The notes beneath the pieces were generated by a model. The model was not told the origin of the DNA. It saw only the letters and a list, made by a program, of their open reading frames with translations, and did not search any database. From the human T2T-CHM13v2.0 reference genome, Homo sapiens: a DNA stretch of 64,000 nt. The stretch is from the NCBI RefSeq assembly GCF_009914755.1, contig NC_060929.1; one strand, written 5' to 3'. Made by a program: the position numbers and the translations under genes. Each line of letters begins with the position of its first letter. Positions within the stretch are counted from its first letter, which is position 1. This document shows, one piece after another, positions 24,440 to 37,049 of this stretch.

Positions 24440-27400
24440 CCTTTTATTTATTGTGATGTAATTTGCATACACAAAAATGTACAAATTTTGGTGTGCAGCT
24501 TAATGAAATTTTACATGTGCATATATAATACATTACCACCACCCAGATCAAGACATGTTCCTTCTCCCCAGTAGTTTCTGTATGCCACTTTCCAGTAAAT
24601 AACTGTATTAGTCTGTTCTCAGGTGGCTAATAAAGACAGACCTGAGACTGAATAATTTATAAAGGAAAGAGGTTTAATTGTCAAACGCACAGTTCCACGT
24701 GGCTGGGGAGGTCTCAGAATCATGGTGGAAAGTGAATGAGGAACAAAGTCACGTTTTACACGGTGGCAGGCAAGAAAGCTTGTGCAGGGGAACTCCCCAA
24801 TATAAAACTATCGGATCTCATGAAACTTATTCACTATCACAAGAACAGCATGAGGAATACCCACCCCAATGATTCAATTACCTCCTACCAGGTTCCTCCC
24901 ACAACACATGGGAATTATGGGAGCTAAAATTCAAGTTGAGATTTGGGTGGGGACACAGCCAAACCATATCATTCCATTACTGACAACTCCCAAATCTCAT
25001 GTCCTGACATTTCAAAACAAATCATGCCTTCCCAACAGTCTCCCCAAAGTCTTAACTCATTTCAGCATTAACTCAAAAGTCCACGGTCCAAAGTCTCATC
25101 TGAGACAAGGCAAGTCCCTTCTGCCTATGAGCCTATAAAATCAAAGGCAAGTTAATTACTTCCTAGATACAATGGAGTACAAACATTGATACAATGGAGT
25201 ACAGCCATTCCAAATGGGATAAATGGGCTAAGACAAAGGGGGTACAGGCCCCATGCAAGTCCAAAATCCAGCAGGGCAGTCAAATCTTAAAGCTCCAAAA
25301 TGTTCTTTGACTCCATGTCTCGTATCCAGGTCATGCTGATGCAAGAGGAGTGTTCCCGTGGTCTTCAGCATCTCTGACCCTGTGGCTTTGCAGGGTATAG
25401 CCCCTCTCCTGGCTGCTTTCATGGCCTGGCATTGATTGTCTGTGGCTTTTCCAGGCACATCATATAAGCTGTCCATGGATCTACCATTCTGGAGTCCAGA
25501 GGATGGTGTCCCGCTTCTCACAGCTCCACTAGGCGCTGCCCTAGTGGGGACTCTGTGTTGGAGCTCCAACCCCACATTTCCCTTCTGCATTGCCCCAGCA
25601 GAGTTTCTCCATGAGGGCTCCACCCCTGCAGTGTACCACTGCCTGGACATCCAGACATTTCCATACATCCTTTAAAATCTAGAGGGAAATTCTCAAACCT
25701 CAATTCTTGACTTCTGTGCACCTGCAGGCCCAACACCATGTGTAAGCCACCAAGGCTTGAGGCTTATACCCTCTGAAGTCATGGCCCAAGCTGTACGTTG
25801 GCACCTTTTAGCCACAGCTGGAGCATCAGGGATGCAGGGCACCAAGTACCTAGGCTGCACACAGCAGGCAGGCCCTGGGCCCAGCCCATGAAACCATTTT
25901 TTTCTCCTCAGCTTCTAGGCCTATGATGGGAGGGGCTGCTGTGAAGACCTCTGAAATGCCCTGGAGACATTTTCCCCATTGTATTGCCAATTAACATTTG
26001 GCTCCTCATTACTTATGCAAATTTCTGTAGAAGACTTGAATTTCTCCTCAGAAAATGGGTTTTTCTTTTCCATCACATTGTCAGACTGCAAATTTTCCAA
26101 TTTTTTATGTTCTGCATCCTTTTAAACATGAGTTCCAATTCCAAAGCATATCTTGTGAATGCATAAACCTGAATGCTTTTAACAGTAGCCAAGTCACCTT
26201 TTCAAAACTTTGCTGCTTAGAAATTTCTTCCACCAGTTGCCCCAAATCATCTCTCTCAATTTCAAATTTCCATAAATCTCTAGGGCAGGGGCAAAATGCC
26301 CCCAGTCTCTTTGCTAAAACATAACAAGAGTTACCTTTGCTTCAGTTCCCAATAAGTTCCTTATCTCCATCTGAGGCCACATCAGCCTGGACTTTATTGT
26401 TCATATCACTATCAGCATTTTAGTCAAAGCCACTCAACAGGTCTCTAGGAAGTTCCAAACTTCCCACATCTACCTGTCTTCTTCTGAGCCCTCCAAACTG
26501 TTCCAGTCTCTGCCTGTTACCCAGTTCCAAAGTCACTTGACATTTTCAGGTATCTTTAGAGCAGTTCCCCGGTACACCTGGTAACAATTTACTGTATTAA
26601 TCTGTTCTCACACTGCTAATAAAGACATACCCAACACTGGGTGATTTATAAAGGAAAGAGGTTTAATTGATTCACAGTTCCACATGTTGAGGAGGGCTAA
26701 CAATCATGGTGGAAGATGAAGGAGGAGCAAAGTCACATCTTACATAGCGGCAGGCAAGGGAGCTTGTGTAGGGGAACTCCCCTTTATAAAACCATCAGAT
26801 CTTGTGAGATTGATTATTCACTATCACGAGTAAAGCATGGAAAGACCCACCCCTATAATTCAATTGCATCCCACCAGTTCCCTCCTACAACACATCGGAA
26901 TTATAGGAGCTACAATTCAAGATGAGATCTGCATGGGGACACAGCCAAGCCATATCAATAACCAACTACACCCAGAGGTAACAAACATCCTAAACTCTGT
27001 CACCATAAATTAGAATTTTTCTCTTTCTAAATTTCATATAAACAGAATCAAACAGTAGATACATTTTAGGTCTTTGTCCTTTCACTCTACATGTTTTTGT
27101 TATTATTTATGTAGTTACATGGAGTAGTATTTTTTATTGCTGTATGATATCTCATTGTATGAATATGACACAATTTTTCATCAATTATATTATAGGTGGA
27201 CATTTGAGTTGTTTCAGTTTGGTGCTGTCATGAATAAATCTTCTACATTCTTTTTGTGGATGCATGCTCTTGTTTCTCTTGGCCATATAAACCAAGGAGT
27301 GGAATTGCTAGAACAAAAAATATGTCTATGTTTAACTTGATTTAGTATGTGCAAAGTCTTATTTAAAGTGGTTTACTATTTTATTTACACTCACCAGCAA

Positions 27401-27500
27401 TGTACGAGAATACTTTTTCTTCACAATCTCTCTGTCACATGCAAATCTTTCTAATTTTAGTTTTTCTGATATTTAATTTTGGTTTTAACTTCCATTTCCC
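24440..27500 (-). mobile_element. Old L1ME-like 3' end, split by the THE1C insertion (24440-24603 and 26958-27500)
   Basis: accaccacccagatcaagaca before the THE1 and cccagaggtaacaaacatcc...tgggtggacatttgagttgtttcagttt-like sequence after it, as colinear antisense L1M. Confidence 0.6.
24604..26957 (-). mobile_element. Full-length THE1C MaLR element (LTRs 24604-24971 and 26593-26957, internal region 24972-26592)
   Basis: Two ~365-bp LTRs (tgtatta...ccatatca) flanking typical THE1-int sequence; perfect 5-bp TSD ATAAC at 24599-24603 and 26958-26962. Confidence 0.93.
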
Positions 27501-29634
27501 TGAGCTATCATTGGATCATAATGTAACAGTAGATTGGGTAATGCAGAAGGAAAAAGCCCTGGGAATTTTAATTTCTGTTAATGAGTGTCTAAGATCTAAA
27601 ATTTCTACTTAGTTCTATTTGTTTTTCTCCTGAAGTGTTCCATATTTCCACCAATTATACTTATCTTTTCTTTTAAATTGTATAATATATGTTTATTATT
27701 GTATTAAAGTCCTTGCCTGCTAATTTAATAATTTGCTTTATCTGTGAGCCTGCTTCTATTGACTGTTCCTCTTGATTCTAAGTCACATTTTTCTGGTTCT
27801 TTGTATGTTTTGTAATGATTTCATTGTATTCTGGGAATTGTGAATAACAGAATGTTGGAGACTAAATATACATGTTTTGTTATTTTCCAGAGAGTGCACA
27901 CCCTTTCCTGTGCCTAGCAGCTTAGCTGAGGGTTAATCATTCAGACTCCTTCCAGCATATGTTGAGCTGGCACTCAAGTGAAGCTACAAATTATTGATTT
28001 TACCTGTGATTAACTTAAACTTTAATTCTCTTTGTGATCAAAGAGATATCAAAGAGATATCACCTCTTTGATACATTAATTATTTGTGCAGGAACAGGAT
28101 TGGCAGAAGGTTTACATATTTTTAGTTCACCTTTATATTCAACCCTAGCTGGGCTGCAGAATCCAATCGTCTTGACAATGTACTATATGATTTATTTCTG
28201 CTCATCAGCCCCTCCTATAAAGTTTTCTGAGCAAAACTAAAGGATAGAGAAAAATTATTGACCCAGTTGTTTGTCCATCTATTTGACTTTTTTCCAGATG
28301 CAATCCACCCTGCCAATTTGTGCTGTTGTCAAAAGCCCAGATAATTTTCTCTTTTGCATGTACATTTTCTCCATGTATCCTGACCTATATTCAAACCAGG
28401 CATGTTTCTTCAAGTGTGAATGCTGATATGGCTCTGCTTACTTATAAAGATCTTGATTTACTCCAGAATTTACTACCTCCTTGCCAGTTACTACCATCTG
28501 CAATATTCAGAAATACAAAGATGAAACTTATTTCTTTATAAAATCAATTATATAGATCATATACTTCAATTTCTGCTAATGATAAAAAAGTTAAACATGC
28601 CAATTCAAGTAACTCTGTCATGTGTGTTTAGAATTCAGTCATTTTGGATAACATCCAGTCTAACCCAGATTTCCACCCTCCTCCTTCTCATTCCATCTCC
28701 TTGGTTTTATACCCAGCATCTAATGTACCAATTACCATACTGGAGCTAGGAGACAGTTATTACACCACCATACCACAGTATGGCCTTGCTTCTGGCTTTT
28801 GTTGAGGAACAGCATCTTACCCAGTCTCTGTCATCCTAAACCAGTAGATTTCGCTAATAATCTACAGGGATCAGATCCTTGTAACCTGTATTCTCTTTGC
28901 TCTCCTTGCTTAGCGGTATCTGTTTCTCTCTTAGAACACTGGTCTGATGCTCTCTTTCACTACTGTGAAGTACATAGGACTCTAGGAATCTACTCTGTGA
29001 ACCATTTGCCTAAACCATTCCCTCAGCCATTGCTTGGGTACTGGTTAGATGCACTTGCTTCTAAGGCACAAGAACCTTCTTAATTCTACACAAAGTGAAG
29101 AACAAACAAGTCTGTCACTTCTCAGATTCACCCAAATGTATGTGATATTTCAGCCTGACCCTGGGATCTCAGCCCAGTGGAGAGCAGAACCTAGACATTT
29201 CACATTTGTATTAATGTTCTTTTCTACTTCCAGCAGAATTCTGTCTCCTAGATACCACCTCCTCCTCCTGTAATTCAACAAAAGTTTGCCCCGCTCCACA
29301 CTGGCAGAAAAACTTCTGAAATTCTCATTTGTAGTATTTTTATATTTTATAATTTGTGTTATTAACCCTATATTTATAGATCTCCTGGCTTTGAAATTTC
29401 ATATGAGAAGTCAATCACATGGAATTCAAGAAACCCTTTTCTCTGGCTCTTGAAATTGAGAGCTGTGGTTTTTAAGAGTGTCATTTCTATTGAGGGTTTA
29501 ATTAACTTCTTTGTTCTAGCCATATTTCCCTTTCCAATCAATGCATATACAACGCTATGCTCCCTGAATAGTGGGATAGATTAACAGTGTAAAGAAGCAT
29601 GAGAACACGATTAAAATCTCAATACATAGCCCTA

Positions 29635-30770
29635 ACAATCAGGTTTCTGACAGGAAGGAGATGGCACACTCAGAATGCAAGAATGAAAAATGTTTAAGGA
29701 AGGAACTGTTTACCAAATATGGAGATGGTTGAGGTAAGCCCACTATAGGTGATGATGCAAGGGGGAATTATCTCTAGGTAAAGGGTGAAGTGATTGTTTT
29801 TTAAAGAAGAGAGAGCAGCTATGCTATTTTAATAATTGTAGGAATGTTCACAAATCACAGGCAGGTCACAATAGCTAGAAATGGGCTTTGTGAACTACTA
29901 GCATTGTATTCAGACTTTGAAAGAGCATGAACACAGGGTAAATATTAAGGGATTCATTTTGAGATCCTCAAATTCTCTAAATTTGTTTTTATAAAGCTGA
30001 TGTGCCCAAGATAGTGGGGTTTTTTTGTTTTTTTGTTTTGTTTTGTTTTGTTTGTTTGTTTGTTTTTTTGAGACAGAGTTTTGTTCTGGGATGGAGTGTA
30101 GTGGCGCGATCTGGGCTCACTGCAACCTCTGCCTCCTGAGTTCAAGCGATTCTCCTGCCTCAGCCTCCTGAGTAGCTGGGATTACAGATTTGCACCACTA
30201 AGCTCAGCTAATTTTTGTAGTTTTAATAGAGACGGGGTTTCACCATGTTGGTTGGCCAGGATGGTCTCCATCTCTTGACCTCGTGATCCGCCCGCCTTGG
30301 CCTCCCAAGATAGTGTCTTCTTTAAAGGCCTCAAGGTGGATGAAGAATGAGGCAATTATTGCCTGTGTTGAGATGTTCTAAATTCCAATGTATTGTGTAG
30401 TGAGGCAAAAGTCATGACAAGTTTAATTTAAAAATCTTGCCACTTCTTCTTTTATCAGTCTTTATAAAAATCTATCACTCTGAAGGAGAGAATGGTAAGA
30501 AGTGGCTATGGCCTTAGATAGAAGAACATAGCCATTGTCAAACCATATCGTCACAGGGAGGGAACTACGGGACTAAATATTCCCCTAATTATTTTCTGCC
30601 ACTACCCAGACTGATGCTAGTTCCTGCTATTGGTTGAAACCTGCCAAAGACAGAAGGAAAGAAATATAGTTGTAGCACCTAAATGTCAGCTTGTGGTGGA
30701 AAGACCAGGAAGAGAAGAGCAGAATCCTAGAGGAGCAAAGGGAGAATATAGAGCAAGCATAACAACACAT
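29635..30770 (-). mobile_element. Ancient ERVL-class LTR remnants (LTR33-like), interrupted by an Alu
   Basis: caggaaggagatggcacactc at the left and ctattggttgaaacc...gtcagc...ctagaggagcaaagggagaatat at the right resemble LTR33-type consensus; heavily diverged. Confidence 0.35.
30020..30308 (-). mobile_element. 5'-truncated AluSc
   Basis: (TTTG)n tail; ggatggtctccatctcttgacctcgtgatcc (Sc-type); TSD cccaagatagtg at 30005-30016 and 30304-30315. Confidence 0.88.
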
Positions 30771-31031
30771 TGTTTTCTATCTTCCTTCCCAATTATTATT
30801 CATGTTAATTTAAAAACAGTATAATGCTTGCTTTATTATGATACCCATATATATATATACACTTTCATGTATATATATATAGATAGGTGGGGGAAAGAGT
30901 TGAGCCAACTGTATATAGTTCAAGAGTCAACTGTATACAAGTACATATGTATGTGTATACAGTTGTATGTGTATACAGTTGACTTGAATTATATGAAGTT
31001 GACTACGTATGTGTGTGTGTGTGTGTGTATA

Positions 31032-31465
31032 CAGTTGACTCTTGAACAACACAGGGGTCTAGGGTGCCAACCAGCCACACAGTCAAAAATCGATGAGTAA
31101 CTTTTGACTCCCCCAAAACGTAATTAACAGACTACTATTGACCAGAAGCCTTATTCATAACATAAAAAAGTCAATTAATACATATTTTATATGTTATATG
31201 CATTATAGACCGTATTCTTGTAATACAGTAAGCTAGAGAATGGAAAATGTTATTAAAAAAATCATTAAAAAACCATCTTCTATTCATTAAGTCAAAGTAG
31301 ATCATCCTAAAGGTCTTTAACCTCATCATCTCCACATTAAGTAGGCTGAGGAGGATAAGAAGGAGGGGTTGGTCTTGCTGTCTCAGAGGTGGCAGAGGCA
31401 GGAGAAAATATCCATATAAGTGGAACCATTTAGTTAAAAAATCCACTTTGTTCAAGGCTTAACTG
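31032..31465. mobile_element. Tigger2a (TcMar-Tigger non-autonomous DNA transposon)
   Basis: Terminal inverted repeats cagttgactcttgaacaa / ttgttcaaggcttaactg, TA target dinucleotides at 31030-31031 and 31466-31467, 434 bp, characteristic internal sequence. Confidence 0.88.
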
Positions 31466-31799
31466 TATATAGATTTTTTCCTATCTATAATTTCTTTCTC
31501 AAGCAATTCGTCCTTTTCTTGAGGGAGTAAGTTAGTCAGTAAACTCAATCCATCTTTATTCCAGCTACTTACCAAGTGACCACATAACCTTTTCAATTTC
31601 TTCTTTCCTTCATTGTCTCCTAAACAACCACTATTCATTCTTCAAGATGCTATTAGGAACTATCATATGGAATTGTTAAATATTGAATGAGTTAGCAAAT
31701 AAATGGTGGGGGGGAGACTCTTAAAAGCTATTTTTGTTCTTTCCAATTTGACCCACTTTCCTTCCTATCTGATCGTTGTTTGTTTTCTTAAAGAATCAC

Positions 31800-32140
31800 A
31801 GTCCCTTTGGGCTGCTATTATAAAACACCGCAAACTGGGTGACTTATAAACAACAGATTTTTTTCTCTGAGTTCTGGAGGCTGAAAAGTTTAAGATAAAG
31901 GTGCTGACAGACTTTGTGTCTAGTTAGGGCCCACTTCCTCGTAGACAGCTGTCTTGCCATTATAACCTCCGTGGGGAAAAAGGTAGGGCAGCTTTTTGGA
32001 GTCTCTTTTATAAGGGCACTAATCCCTGCCCTCATGACCTAATTGTCTGCCAAGGACCCCACCTCCTAATACCATTGCCTTGGGAGTTAAGACTGCAACA
32101 TATGGATTTTGGGAGTCCATAAACATTCAGCCTATTAGCA
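31800..32140 (-). mobile_element. MaLR solo LTR (MLT1A-like)
   Basis: tttgggctgctat...aaactgggtgacttataaacaacaga...ttataagggcactaatcc...cctcctaataccatt...aaacattcag. Confidence 0.8.
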
Positions 32141-32790
32141 AGTAACCCTATGCATTAAAATTCTTACAACATTTTATTTCTTTCTTTACTCTTAGGATTT
32201 AGCAAAGGGCCTAGTGCATAGTAGGGACTCGGTGAAAGTTTGTAGAATGAATTAATTCTTCACTGTCCTCATGAGGTATATTGTATCCCTAATAAATAAT
32301 TTATGGATTATAAACTTGTTATGTTGATCCACTGAACAACATATCTATATACAACTATTCATCTTTCCATTCCCAACATCCCAGCTTTCGATTCAATATA
32401 AATACCCACTTATTCATTCTCACCATTTAAGTTGTCATCTGAATTCTCCCATTTCTTCGTGGTTTCTCTCCTTTTCTTGAGTGTTTTTTTTTATCTATAC
32501 AAAAAGTTACTGCAATTTTATGCTTCCCCTCCATTGATCTCTTTGAATGCCATTCCTTTCTTCATACATTTATTTTTCCCTTTTACTGTCCTCAAACAAG
32601 ATTGTCTCTCATCAGGAGCTTTTTCTTCTAGCCTCCAAATGAACAGTTTAATATTTTATACATAGTTATTGTATACTTTGTTTAACCTTACAATTATATC
32701 TCTCCATAATCTTTCTTCTTCCTCTAGACTGTCTCCATCCTACACTGTATTTTATATTCTTTACTTTGAGGCATCTCTAAGAAGATTCTT

Positions 32791-32944
32791 TAGACAGGGT
32801 CTCCCTCTTAGCTCTGTCACACAGGCTGGAGTGCAGTGGTTGCAATCATAGCTCACTGAAGCCTCAAACTCCTGAGCCCAAGTGATCCTCCTGCCTCAGC
32901 TTCCCAAGTAGTTGTGGTTACAGAAGCAAGTCACTGTGTCCAGT
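32791..32944 (-). mobile_element. Free right Alu monomer (FRAM/AluJ-type)
   Basis: Single monomer with aatcatagctcactg...caagtgatcctcctgcctcagc; diverged TSD tctaaga(ag/tg)(a/t)ttctt at 32776-32790 and 32945-32959. Confidence 0.8.
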
Positions 32945-32974
32945 TCTAAGATGTTTCTTGTAATCTAAATCATG

Positions 32975-33190
32975 ACAGCTGGCATTTACTCTTTCATGTG
33001 TCATGTTCTGTCCTAAATGTTTATATGTAAGTTACTTAATTGTCAATACAACTCTACAAGTTGCATACCATGAGTATTCCCATTTTTATAGTTAACAAAT
33101 GTGAGATCCAGAGAGTCAACAGACCCATGTTATTCAGCTATTAAGTGATTGAGCTGGGTTGCTCTGCCTCTGTGGCTCACATTTTAACTG
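32975..33190 (-). mobile_element. MIR
   Basis: attcccatttttatag...gagatccagagag...ttcagctattaagtgattgagctgggtt, MIR reverse complement. Confidence 0.55.
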
Positions 33191-34666
33191 GTTTTTGGCA
33201 CTATTTCTATATTTTCTTACTACCCTGGAACTCATATAGTCAGATGGACAAATGATACCAGCCTGTATAACTGTATTTCTATTTTTCCAAAGCCTTATTA
33301 TTGTCTCAGGTGCTTGTACCTGTTTTATTCTATATTTTTCTGTGTAGTTTGCAGAAAGGTTTCATTTACCAGAAGAAATGGTCTGCATAATCCTTCTAGA
33401 AAGCACTGGTATCCTTTGATTCTCCATTCTAACATTTCCTCATATTATTTACAAGTACAAGCTTTCATTGCCTATGTCTTCACTGTGTTTTGGGTGTGTT
33501 CTAATAAAATCTAATCTTTATCTTCTCCCAAATGAATGAAAATTACTTTTTTTAAAACATTTTACTTTTCTAGCTAGAGTTATTTTAAGCCTCTGAAATG
33601 TCCATGTTTTATTAAAATGATTAATGCATCATAGTATCTTCTGACCTGTCACCATATCACTGAGAGCTTAATATCTAAAATGATAGACATAATTATTAAT
33701 ATTGAACTGCATTTATGAAAAATCCCAAGCTTCTATTAGTAATGTAGCTGACTTTATCCAGAGACGGAAACCAAATAATGTACAATGCAAATATTTGGAG
33801 AATAAACTGTTTTATTACTTGTACAAATTAATTAGAAAAACAACTAAAATACAAAATATCTTACTATAGAAATATATGTTAATAGAATTTCCCTAATACT
33901 AAGCAGTAATCTCTCCAGGTAGTTTTAGGATTTCTACACTAAAATTGTTATTACATATTACTGCCAACTGAACAATTCCTTCATTTTGATTGTACTATGT
34001 GCAAAACGAATCATAAAAAACTCTAACTGGGAGTCTCAATATCTATTTTAGGTAAGTGTAATTAAGTCCTGTTACAGAGCAATAGCTGAACCAGTTGCTC
34101 TCTTGTCCAAGGTCCAAATTTTGGGATCTATATATTTGTTTAAACTCATCTCCATGTGACTTATTATTTTACATATAAGATCTAGGCTGGGTCTGATCCA
34201 TTCCCCCAAGTATGTTTACAAATAGTTGTCATGAAACTCCCCTGTTTTTTAGATCTTATCACTGGACAGCTATTGGGAAGATTCTAACAGCAAGATAAGC
34301 AGGCCTTTTAGGCTTTACGATTATGTTACATTTGGGAGTTTAGAATTATCCATATCAGAGGTGTCTATGTTGAATATCTTGAGCCTCTCCAACCCAGAAT
34401 GAGCTGTCACTTAGGAACTTTCCATCTTAGTTTTTTGTTTAGGTTCCCAATAAATAGTTTGGAGACAAAGATTTCAGGAAAAAGTAGTTTATTGCAGAAG
34501 TGAAAGTAATGAGGAGTTGGAAAATAACACAGGAAGAAAAGGCAGATAAATAAAGAATGAGATATTCAGCCACCTATCTCTGGTGACTGGAACAGATTCT
34601 GGTAGTTGGACATCAGACAGGAATGACCAGGTTTGAGAAACACGAATGGAGCACTCAGTATTGACT

Positions 34667-35034
34667 TGTATTAGTCCCTTCTCACAGTGCTATAAAGAAC
34701 TTCCCCGAGACTGGATAATTTACAAAGGAAAGAGGTTTAATTGACTTCCAGCTCTGCATGGCTGGGAAAGTCCCAGGAAACTTAACAATCATGGTGGAAG
34801 GGCAAGCAGGCGACAGGAGAGAAGAGAATGAAAGAGGAACTTCCAACCACTTATAAAACCATCGGATCTCATGAGAACTCATTCACTGTCATAAGAACAG
34901 CATCGGAGAAAGCACCCCCATGATCCAATCACCTCCCTCCCTTGACATGTGGGAATTACAGTTCCCTCCCTTGAGACGTGTGGATTACAATTTGAGATGA
35001 GATTTGGGTGGGGACATAGAGCCACACCATATCA
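34667..35034 (-). mobile_element. THE1D-like solo LTR
   Basis: tgtattagtcc...gctataaagaac...caggaaacttaacaatcatggtggaagg...gacatagagccacaccatatca; internal ~29-bp duplication near 34935-34990. Confidence 0.85.
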
Positions 35035-35644
35035 ATACTCTCACAGACACATATTTAAGATTAAAAGAAATGGAGAGTTAAGTAAGTTAAAGTTAAGAAG
35101 AAAAGCTGCAATTTAAATAGCTAGAACAATATAGAGGTGAAAATAAATAGTAATTGGAATTGGAAAAGAAATGGAATAATTATAACATTATGTCCTCATT
35201 TTTATATGTCAGTTGTTACTTTCAAAGTAAAATTAATTAATTAAATTATTTTCCACTTTTTAGTAGATCATCAGGGATATATCAAACAAGATATTTCAAA
35301 GTTCTCCATCAGATCTGATTCATAGTATTGAATATGGGTGGCTTTACCAAATTTTCAGCAGCATACACGTTATAGGAATAATTCTCCATTGTTTGTTATT
35401 CACATTATAAGATGTCAAACAGTATCATTTGTTAATTGAATTTTATCAATAACACTTTCAGTATTCTCTCTAAGCAGAAAAATTTTTCATTCCAGATGTG
35501 CCAAATTAGTAATTTCTGTATTTTGCAGTAGCCTGGTGCATATTGGGATATTCCCTGCAGAATAAAAACCAGGTTGCTTAATCTTGCATACCCCGCTGTA
35601 AATAGAGGCACAATGCTTGGCAGGTCTTTTTGGGTTTTAGATGT

Positions 35645-36474
<830 letters not shown>

Positions 36475-37049
36475 CAGGGATGTATTTACACAACATTTGG
36501 AATACTGATCATTAGTGAGTAACTCATAAATAAAAACTCTGTCCTTTAGCCTCATTATTCAAACAAAGTAATATTGCCTAAAATGCCTGTGTCAGTTAAG
36601 GACAATATAAGTACTTAAAGAGAATTACATCATAAGCCCTTAGAGTTTTGAAATCAAGCCATGCTCTCTTAGGCATGTAACTATTATATTTCTGAGAAAT
36701 GGCTCCTAGCATGCTATTGGGCCTTACTCATGACAGAACATCGGATCAGAGTACAAAATATTCATGCTACCTTAGCTGTCCCTCATGAACTAGGCTCTAT
36801 CTTTTCCATTAAGCTACGAAATTCACCACCAAGGGCAGCATTCAAGGAGGTGATGGTGGAGGGGTGGGGAGTAGTGGGGCATGTAAGATTGGCCTTAAGC
36901 TGATCCTAAGGTAAACCACCTGAGGAGGTGATTGATACTCTTAGCACATGTACTCCCACACCTCTCCACACATCTCCCTTAGCAAATACCAATGGACTCA
37001 TGTCGGGATCTCTGAGACAGAGTTGACTGAAGAAGGTTTGCAGGTGAGT

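Noticed and set aside
25228-25739. 146-aa and overlapping ORFs
   Set aside because: Residual reading frames of THE1-int.
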